A stretch of DNA of 64,000 bases from Aulosira sp. ZfuVER01 (GTDB taxonomy: Bacteria > Cyanobacteriota > Cyanobacteriia > Cyanobacteriales > Nostocaceae). Location: NCBI GenBank assembly GCA_034530615.2, contig JAVRCV020000046.1, positions 1-64,000 on the forward strand. The letters run 5' to 3'. Below the pieces are notes generated by a model, which was given only the letters and a program-made list of their open reading frames with translations, did not search any database and was not told where the DNA came from. The stretch's first letter is position 1, and every line of letters begins with the position of its first letter. The position numbers were made by a program, and so were the translations under genes. Shown here piece by piece: positions 1 to 7,800 of the stretch.

Positions 1-56
1 CTGTTTCCGATTTCCTTCCTGATTATACTCCTCCCGTAGTAACAAAAGAGGGTTAA
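1..56 (+). CDS. 3' end of a gene entering the window (…VSDFLPDYTPPVVTKEG*)
   Basis: Frame starting at position 3 is open to TAA at 54-56; too short to identify. Confidence 0.3.
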   Translation, partial: VSDFLPDYTPPVVTKEG

Positions 57-390
57 AAGTGGTTAGCTGTGATTTTAGATACTAATTGATCCCCCCTACT
101 CCCCTTAAAAAGGGGGAAAACTGAATCAAAGTCCCCCTTTTTAAGGGCAGGGCTGTTTCATTCCCTAAAAGGCCTGAAAATGCAAGGGTTCAGGAGATGA
201 AAAATAAGCTTGGCATTCAATATTAGGCATCAAAATGGTCATCGATTTATGACTTTTGCCCTGATATTTATCGCCAATCGTATTGACAAAATACATACCA
301 TTATGAATGAAACGGCCCTGCTTTTTAAGGGGGATTTAGGGGGATCTAAAAGTATTTGATACATCATTAGGGACTTTTCAAACATCCTCT
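47..390. repeat. Outer short repeat/MITE (CCCCCTTTTTAAGGGGG hairpin type) interrupted by the 148-320 MITE
   Basis: gatcccccc…ccccttaaaaaggggg on the left and aagggggatttagggggatc on the right. Ends acttttcaaacatcctct (373-390) and degenerate agagggttaaaagt (47-60). Confidence 0.5.
148..320. mobile_element. 173-bp MITE with 16-bp TIRs and 11-bp target-site duplication
   Basis: Left end cagggctgtttcattc (148-163), right end gaatgaaacggccctg (305-320), one mismatch. ctttttaaggg is repeated directly at 137-147 and 321-331. Confidence 0.85.
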
Positions 391-609
391 AAATTCTTTA
401 ATTTCTATTGCAATACGGCTATGATTTTTTTCAGCCCCAATTAAGCTACCCTCAATACTATTAGTTGTAGATTTACTTGCCCCAAGGTCAACAAAAAGAA
501 ATCTCTCACCATAGGATATTACTTAAGGGTCGTCGGTATCTTTAATGAGCCAACCATCTTTAGTAAGTGCTTGCTTGACAATTTCATGAATTGCATCCCT
601 TGGCGGCAC
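367..609 (-). pseudogene. xisH: XisH-family pseudogene (internal stop, 3' truncated)
   Basis: GTG start after a GGAG RBS. Translation VPPRDAIHEIVKQALTKDGWLIKDTDDP*VISYGERFLFVDLGA…IAIEIKEF parallels the intact XisH at 37365-37781. In-frame TAA at 523-525; the frame runs into the repeat end at ~390. Confidence 0.75.
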
Positions 610-707
610 TATATTTCTCCTACACAAATATGCAATTAAACCACTTAAGAAACTCTCAAAACAGATACACACAAATATATATCAGTGTGCATCTGTAGTT
701 TTTTATT

Positions 708-2600
708 TCACTCAAACACAGTTAAGTCGAACCAAAAAGTAGTACCAATTCCAACTTCACTCACTAGATTAACTTTACAGTGATGCCTTTCCATAATATT
801 GCGCACAATTGATAAGCCTAAACCCGTGCCTTCGAGGGTGTGAACGCGATTTTCTACGCGGAAGAAGCGATCGAAAATTGCTTGTTGGTCTTCTGTAGCA
901 ATACCAATACCAGTATCGGAAATTTCCACTCGCACTTGAGGCGATTGCTTATTAGAGTTGTTAGGTTTGGGAGCTAATTGATAGGCGCGGATGGCTACTT
1001 TACCACCAGATGGAGTAAATTTGAGAGCGTTACCTACTAAATTAGCTAATACTTGCAGCAACAAATCATAATTACCTAAGACTGGGGGTAAAGGCAATGT
1101 CACTTCTTGAATTAATTCAATGCCTTTATCTTTAGCATTTAGTTGGTAAGTACGCAGGGTTTGCTCGATTGCTTGCCCTAAATCTACGCCATCAAAATTA
1201 TAGTTGCGGCCAGATTCGAGTTTGGATAAATCTAAGACATCATTGACTAGGCGTGTTAGGCGATCGGTTTCATGATTAACTGTTTGGAGAAACTCTTGGC
1301 GTTGTTCTGTACTCAAGTCTTCGCCGTAGTCGTGCAAAGTTTCGATAAAAGATTTGATATTAAATAAGGGCGTTCTTAGTTCGTGAGAAACGTTGCTGAT
1401 AAATTGGCTTTTGGCTTCGTTGAGTTCAACTTCACGGGTAATATCTTGCACGGTGATGGCAATACCTTTAATGCTTTCCCGTTGTAAATTGAGAACTGTA
1501 GTTAAAAGAATACGGATAGTGCGTTGGGTCGGTTGATTTAAAGCAATACGAAATTCGGCGCTTTCACATTCGCCTGCTGCCATTTCATATAAGGTACGGC
1601 TAACTTCCATTTGCACTGCTGGGGGTAAGTGATGCAGCACATTGCTGCCTACAACATCATCACTTTCCCAAGCAAAAATCCGCCGTGCTGTGGGGTTGAC
1701 TAAAATCACTTGCATATTATTGTCAATCAACACAGCACCGTCAGCAATTGTCGAAACTAAAGTTTCTAGCTTGGCTTTTTCTGCTGTAAGTTCTTCAATA
1801 TTTTGTTCTTCATAGCTTTCTAGACGCTCTGCCATATCATTAAAGCTGAGAATTAACTCTCCGAGTTCACCTCCTAGGGGTAAGTCAATTCGTTGCTTGA
1901 AGTTCCCGGCAGCGATTTGTTTAACACCTACTAATAATTCTTTAATTGGCTTGGTGATGGTCAAAGCGTTAATTACCCCCGCCAAAATTACCATGACCCA
2001 AATTGTGATAAAAACTGCAATGGTGACATCGCGGGTAAAATTGGTAGAGATAACGGCAGTTTGGTTAGGGTTAATGCCAATTGCCAAGACACCCAAGTAT
2101 TTGTTATTGGCCATGAGAGGAACAAACACATCGGTGACAGACCCATCTGGAGTCATGTGTTGTCGCACCATCGGCTTATCGCTGTCTCTAGCGTAATCTT
2201 CTGGCAGTTGGATGCGCCGTTCAATAGTTAAGGAATTTTTCACCTCCGCTTCCCAAAAGGGAATGCCAAAAAAGATTTTCCCGGTTTCATCAGCGTAGAG
2301 CATATAACGCACGCTAGAAGTGCTGCTGTAAAAGCGTTGGGAAAATTGGGCAACTTCCGTGAGATTTTGGTCAGCAATTAGCGGGGTAACATTGGCAGCC
2401 AGCAGCAGTCCAAGGTCACGACCGAAGCGGGTATCATTCATTTGCGCATCCTGCTGAATCGTATTCACCGCCCAGAAGGTCAAACCGCTCATGATTAAGG
2501 AAACCACCAATGTGGCCACAGCTAACAGCTTGGTCTGGAGTGTGAAATCTGACCACCAATTTGCGATCGTTTCTCGGATTGTTTTCAAAGGAGCCAGCAT
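708..2600 (-). CDS. nblS: Sensor histidine kinase NblS/Hik33 (TM-HAMP-PAS-HisKA-HATPase)
   Basis: N-terminus WWSDFTLQTKLLAVATLVVSL typical of Hik33; H-box SHELRTPL; G-boxes DTGIGI and GTGLGL. Confidence 0.9.
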   Translation of the reverse strand: MLAPLKTIRETIANWWSDFTLQTKLLAVATLVVSLIMSGLTFWAVNTIQQDAQMNDTRFGRDLGLLLAANVTPLIADQNLTEVAQFSQRFYSSTSSVRYMLYADETGKIFFGIPFWEAEVKNSLTIERRIQLPEDYARDSDKPMVRQHMTPDGSVTDVFVPLMANNKYLGVLAIGINPNQTAVISTNFTRDVTIAVFITIWVMVILAGVINALTITKPIKELLVGVKQIAAGNFKQRIDLPLGGELGELILSFNDMAERLESYEEQNIEELTAEKAKLETLVSTIADGAVLIDNNMQVILVNPTARRIFAWESDDVVGSNVLHHLPPAVQMEVSRTLYEMAAGECESAEFRIALNQPTQRTIRILLTTVLNLQRESIKGIAITVQDITREVELNEAKSQFISNVSHELRTPLFNIKSFIETLHDYGEDLSTEQRQEFLQTVNHETDRLTRLVNDVLDLSKLESGRNYNFDGVDLGQAIEQTLRTYQLNAKDKGIELIQEVTLPLPPVLGNYDLLLQVLANLVGNALKFTPSGGKVAIRAYQLAPKPNNSNKQSPQVRVEISDTGIGIATEDQQAIFDRFFRVENRVHTLEGTGLGLSIVRNIMERHHCKVNLVSEVGIGTTFWFDLTVFE

Positions 2601-2689
2601 CTTAAATAAAAGTTGTTAGTAGTTTTTTTATAAACCCCAACAACTAAAAAATTAACAGTTAATTTGACAAATAGGTCAAGAGTGGGAAA

Positions 2690-2832
2690 GAAAGGCAGGA
2701 GGCAAGGGGCAGATGGCAGAAGGAGGAAAAGCAAACACAATTCTCTAAAAATGTTAGTTGCCCAGGGCTGTGCTGAAAACTCTCCTGATAGAGAGCAGAA
2801 TTATTTTCTACAACCTCCTGCCCTCTGCCTTC
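2690..2832. repeat. Heptamer (STRR-like) repeats in inverted orientation downstream of purD
   Basis: aggcaggaggcaaggggcagatggcagaagg … cctcctgccctctgccttct. Confidence 0.55.
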
Positions 2833-4116
2833 TTAACATTGTCCCTTGACTCTATGCCCGATGTCTCTACGGTAATACATCCCCTGAAAGTGAATGGATT
2901 GAATGCCGACGTATGCTTGGGCGATCGCCTGCGCAAAATCCTCACCAGTACCAGTTACGTTTAATACTCGCCCACCGTCTGTTACTACTTGTTGTTGCTC
3001 GTTCAATTTTGTGCCTGCATGAAATACGGTGACTCCTACTGCGGTGGCTTGCTCAGTGCCAGTAATCACCTGTCCTTTTTGATATGCTCCTGGATAGCCT
3101 CCCGCCGCAGCCACGACTGTAGCTGCTGCTCCCTGTTTCCACGCGATCGCGGGCATTTCTCCCAAACGCTGTTCTACACAAGCTAAAATTAACTCTTCTA
3201 AGGGTGTTTCCAATAGTGGCAGAATTACTTGCGTTTCGGGATCGCCAAAGCGACAGTTAAATTCCAACACCTTAAAGTCGCCATTGGGTGCAATCATTAA
3301 CCCGGCGTAAAGTACACCCCGGTAATCTATCGCCTTAGATCTTAAAGTGGCGATCGCTCTTTCTAAAACTTCTGTTTGCACTCGTGCCATGATCTCTGGT
3401 GTGGCAATCGGCGCCGGGGCGTAGGCTCCCATTCCCCCAGTATTTTCCCCTGTATCGCCTTCACCAATCCGCTTATGATCCTGTGCTGGGAGTAAAGGGC
3501 GAATTGTTAACCCGTCAGTTAAGGCTAACACCGAAACCTCTTGCCCAATTAAGCATTCTTCAATCACGGCAAATTCGCCAGCACTGCCAAACTGTCCTTG
3601 AAAAATCGCATCAATGGCACTATTGGCTTGTTCTACCGTCTCTGCCACTGTCACACCCTTACCAGCCGCCAAGCCATCAGCTTTCACCACAATGGGTGCG
3701 CCCTGTGCTTTAACGTAGGATTTGGCAGCTGCGGCTTCTGTAAATACAGCGGCTTTGGCTGTAGGAATCCCCGCTTCTTGCATTAAAGCTTTCGCCCAAG
3801 CCTTGCTTGCTTCAATTTGTGCCCCGGCTCTGCTGGGGCCAAATACCTTCAATCCTTGCTGATTAAGATAATCTGTAATTCCTTTGGCTAAGGGCACTTC
3901 TGGCCCAACTACAACCAGAGTTATCCCATTTTCATGACAATACTTACCAATGCCCTCAAAATCATCTACCGCTAGGGGTAAATTTTGGCAACCTGCCATA
4001 CTTGCCGTACCGCCATTTCCCGGTACACAAACAACTTGCTCAATTTGCTTAGATTGCAGCAGTTTCCACGCCAGAGCGTGTTCGCGCCCCCCATTTCCGA
4101 CAACTAAAACTTTCAC
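2833..4116 (-). CDS. purD: Phosphoribosylamine-glycine ligase
   Basis: MKVLVVGNGGREHALAW, KADGLAAGKGV, NTGGMGAY, EFNCRFGDPE; GTG start. Confidence 0.97.
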   Translation of the reverse strand: MKVLVVGNGGREHALAWKLLQSKQIEQVVCVPGNGGTASMAGCQNLPLAVDDFEGIGKYCHENGITLVVVGPEVPLAKGITDYLNQQGLKVFGPSRAGAQIEASKAWAKALMQEAGIPTAKAAVFTEAAAAKSYVKAQGAPIVVKADGLAAGKGVTVAETVEQANSAIDAIFQGQFGSAGEFAVIEECLIGQEVSVLALTDGLTIRPLLPAQDHKRIGEGDTGENTGGMGAYAPAPIATPEIMARVQTEVLERAIATLRSKAIDYRGVLYAGLMIAPNGDFKVLEFNCRFGDPETQVILPLLETPLEELILACVEQRLGEMPAIAWKQGAAATVVAAAGGYPGAYQKGQVITGTEQATAVGVTVFHAGTKLNEQQQVVTDGGRVLNVTGTGEDFAQAIAQAYVGIQSIHFQGMYYRRDIGHRVKGQC

Positions 4117-4286
4117 AAATTTCCTCTTTCGTCCCTTGCCAACAGCGAAGCTACTCGCGGATCAATTTTTTCATCAAGCTTGTGCTTACGCAAGTGAATG
4201 GGCATTGGGCATTGGTCATTGTTCATTGGTTAAGTTTTTCTCTCCTGCTCCCTGCTCCCTTGCTTCTTCCCCCTGCCCCCTGCCTC

Positions 4287-4480
4287 CTAACTGGCTGCAT
4301 CAAAAATCTGCTGCACGGTGAGCTTAAGTTTGGGAAACCTGGGGGATATGATCGGCTGATTGCCTCTAAAGGCAGTCATTTTGTATTCTTCATCAACAAG
4401 TTCGCAGACAAAAATAGTTGGTTGTTTGGGATTACCAATAAAGTTGCGTCCTCCCAGTGCTTTGTAATCGACAAGCCATG
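4287..4480 (-). pseudogene. C-terminal fragment of a Uma2-family protein
   Basis: WLVDYKALGGRNFIGNPKQPTIFVCELVDEEY…IISPRFPKLKLTVQQIF is a Uma2-type C-terminus; the N-terminal part is replaced by a short dispersed repeat (gtagacgcgaagc…). Confidence 0.65.
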
Positions 4481-4546
4481 TCGAACGACAAGCAGCTTCG
4501 CGTCTACACATTTTTCATAATTTCAAATTGGTATCGTGTTGAGAGT

Positions 4547-4712
4547 CTTCAAAGTCGTTTTGATTGGCTTCAAAGTCGTTTTGATCGGCTTCAAAGTCGT
4601 TTTGATTGGCTTCAAAATCGTTTTGATTAGCTTCAAAATCGTTTTGATTGGCTTCAATGTCATTTTGAATGTCTTCAATATCGTATTGATGGCTTCAGAG
4701 TTGTCTTGAGGT
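4547..4712. repeat. 21-bp tandem repeat, about 8 units
   Basis: Unit cttcaaagtcgttttgattgg starts at 4547, 4568, 4589, 4610 and 4631, then decays. Confidence 0.9.
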
Positions 4713-4857
4713 ATACAATGATGGGTTTATCTGGCTTAACCCGAACTACGGTGAAGGCGATCGCTAACCTGGTAAATAAATCAAGCAATTCGCACTTATC
4801 AAATAATCTCCTTTTATCCCTTTATTTCTTCACTTCTGCCTTCTGCCACGCCACTTG

Positions 4858-7800
4858 CTACAACGGAGGGAACCTCCGCAACGCAGTGGCTCCCCTGCCC
4901 TCTGCCTTTAAATCATCGCAGAGATGCCTGTCACTCTCACTCAAATTAACATTAGGATTCTTTAAATAAACTTGCAACCACTTGCAACCCCGCACCAACA
5001 ACTCATCTAAATTCTCCACAGGCCACAACCGCGCTGTATTATCATCTGATGCGGTGGCGATGGTTTTGCCATCGGGGCTAAAACTCACACTCCAGACACC
5101 GCCGTGATGCCCTTTGAATTCTTGTAGGATTTGCCCTTGCAGGTTCCACAACCGCGCTGTATTGTCCAATGAGGCGGTAGCGATGGTTTTGTCGTCGGGG
5201 CTAAAACTCACCAATAAGACAACGCCGTGATGCCCTTTGAATTCTTGTAGGATTTGCCCTTGCAGGTTCCACAACCGCGCTGTATTGTCATCTGATGCGG
5301 TAGCTATGGTTTTGCCGTCGAGGCTGAAACTCACACCCCTGACACTGTCCTGATGACCTTTAAATTCTTGAACTAGTTGCCCTTGCAGGTTCCACAACCG
5401 TGCTGTTTTGTCATCTGATGCAGTGGCGATAGTTTTGCCGTCGGGGCTGAAACTCACACCCCTGACACTGTCCCGATGACCTTTAAATTCTTGAACTAGT
5501 TGCCCTTGCAGGTTCCACAACCGTGCTGTTTTGTCATCTGATGCAGTGGCGATAGTTTTGCCGTCGGGGCTGAAACTCACACTATTGACACCGCCCTGAT
5601 GCCCTTTGAATTCTTGAACTAGTTGCCCTTGCATGTTCCACAATCGCGCTGTTTTGTCTGAGGAGGCGGTGGCAATAGTTTTGCCGTTGGGGCTGAAACT
5701 CACACTTAAGACACTGTCCTGATGCCCTTTAAATTCTTGAACTAGTTGCCCTTGCAGGTTCCACAACCCTGCTGTTTTGTCCAATGAAGCGGTGGCGATG
5801 GTTTTGCCGTCGGGGCTGAAACTCACACCCCAGACACTGAACTGATGACCTTTAAATTCTTGAACTAGTTGCCCTTGCAGGTTCCACAACCGCGCTGTAT
5901 TGTCCGAGGAGACGGTGGCGATGGTTTTGCCGTCGGGGCTGAAATTCACACCCCAGACACTGTCCCGATGACCTTTGAATTCTTGTAGGATTTGCCCTTG
6001 CAGGTTCCACAACCGCGCTGTATTGTCCAATGAAGCGGTGGCGATGGTTTTGCCGTCGGGGCTGAAACTCACACCCCAGACACTGAACTGATGACCTTTA
6101 AATTCTTGAACTAGTTGCCCTTGCAGGTTCCACAACCGCGCTGTATTGTCCAATGAAGCGGTGGCGATGGTTTTGCCGTCGGGGCTGAAACTCACACCCC
6201 AGACACTGAACTGATGACCTTTAAATTCTTGAACTAGTTGCCCTTGCAGGTTCCACAACCGCGCTGTATTGTCAGATGAGGCGGTAGCTATGGTTTTGCC
6301 GTCGGGGCTGAAACTCACACTATTGACACCGCCCTGATGCCCTTTGAATTCTTGAACTAGTTGCCCTTGCAGGTTCCACAACCGCGCTGTTTTGTCAGAT
6401 GAGGCGGTGGCGATGGTTTTGCCGTCGGGGCTAAAACTCACACTATTGACACCGCCCTGATGCCCTTTGAATTCTTGAACTAGTTGCCCTTGCAGGTTCC
6501 ACAACCGCGCTGTTTTGTCAGATGAGGCGGTGGCGATGGTTTTGCCGTCGGGGCTAAAACTCACACTATTGACACCGCCCTGATGCCCTTTGAATTCTTG
6601 AACTAGTTGCCCTTGCAGGTTCCACAACCGCGCTGTTTTGTCAGATGAGGCGGTGGCGATGGTTTTGCCGTCGGGGCTAAAACTCACACTATTGACACCG
6701 CCCTGATGACCTTGAAACTGGTTGCGTTCTTTAATATTGCTCAGAATGGTATGCAAAGCATAAATCGGGCTAAAAGCTGGGTATTGTTCTAGTGGGCGAC
6801 CATCTTTGACAATATTTTTCAACTCTTTACTACTGTGCATTGCCGACATCAGCGATTCTAACTCGGCAGATTCAAATTGTCTTAAGGCATTAACACCCGC
6901 CCGTTCTAAGTTTGTTCCTTGCAATGCTTCTTTTTGTGCTGCTTGGGCGGCAATTTTTGCGCTTTGTGCTTGTGTAAGGTTTGCTTGTGCTTTACTTAAA
7001 GTCTCGTCAGCTTGTCTAGCTTTTAATTCTGCATCCTGTTGTTGTTTTTCTGCCAGTTTTACTTTATCTTCAGCAATTTTTACATTTGTGTTAGCCGTTT
7101 TAATACTCTCTTCTGCTTGGACGTTTTTCTCTTGTAATGTTCCTGCTTGCTGCTTTACCTTTTCTAAATCTGCTTTAGCAGTTAACAAGTTTAGCTTTGC
7201 CTGTTGCGTCGCCTGTTCTGCTAATTTTGATTTATCTTCTGCGGTTTTCTTAGTTTTTAATGCCTCTTGATAGTTTGTTTCTAAACCTTTCTTTTTATTT
7301 TCTAAGTCTTGCGCTTTTTTCTGAATTTCTCCCAGTCGCTTTTCTGTTTGTCGCTTTTGTAAATTTACATTTTCTAGATTGATATTCGCTTCTGTCATTT
7401 TTGTAAGTGAGTCTTGCTTCCCTGCATTGGCAATATTTGCTTCCTTAATTTTATTGACTGCATACAAAGCAGCCATACCTGCCACTACCAATAAAACTAT
7501 TGCTAAACTAGAACTTACCACCAAACTCTTACGCCCTTGCTTAATTTTTTGTTCAGCTTCTCGGTTAGCATCGGCTAATATCTTCTTAGCTGCTTGTTCG
7601 CGCTGTAAATTTTCTTCGGCTTGCAAACGTTGCTCACGTTCCCTCGCTAATTCTTCTAACAAGTCATTTCCCTGTTGCTGGCGAATCAGATCAACTAAAT
7701 AATCATGCACTAATTGATAACGTTCCGCCGGAGATTCTTGTAACAGCAATACCAACCCAGATTTAACAAAAATCTCCAATACCAAATCTAATTTCTCGGC

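Noticed and set aside
4547..4712. Possible CRISPR array
   Set aside because: Units are head-to-tail with no unique spacers, and no cas genes are in the window.
5020..6720. CRISPR-like or DGR-like repeats
   Set aside because: The repeats are in-frame WD40 coding units; variation is not adenine-specific and there is no template repeat.
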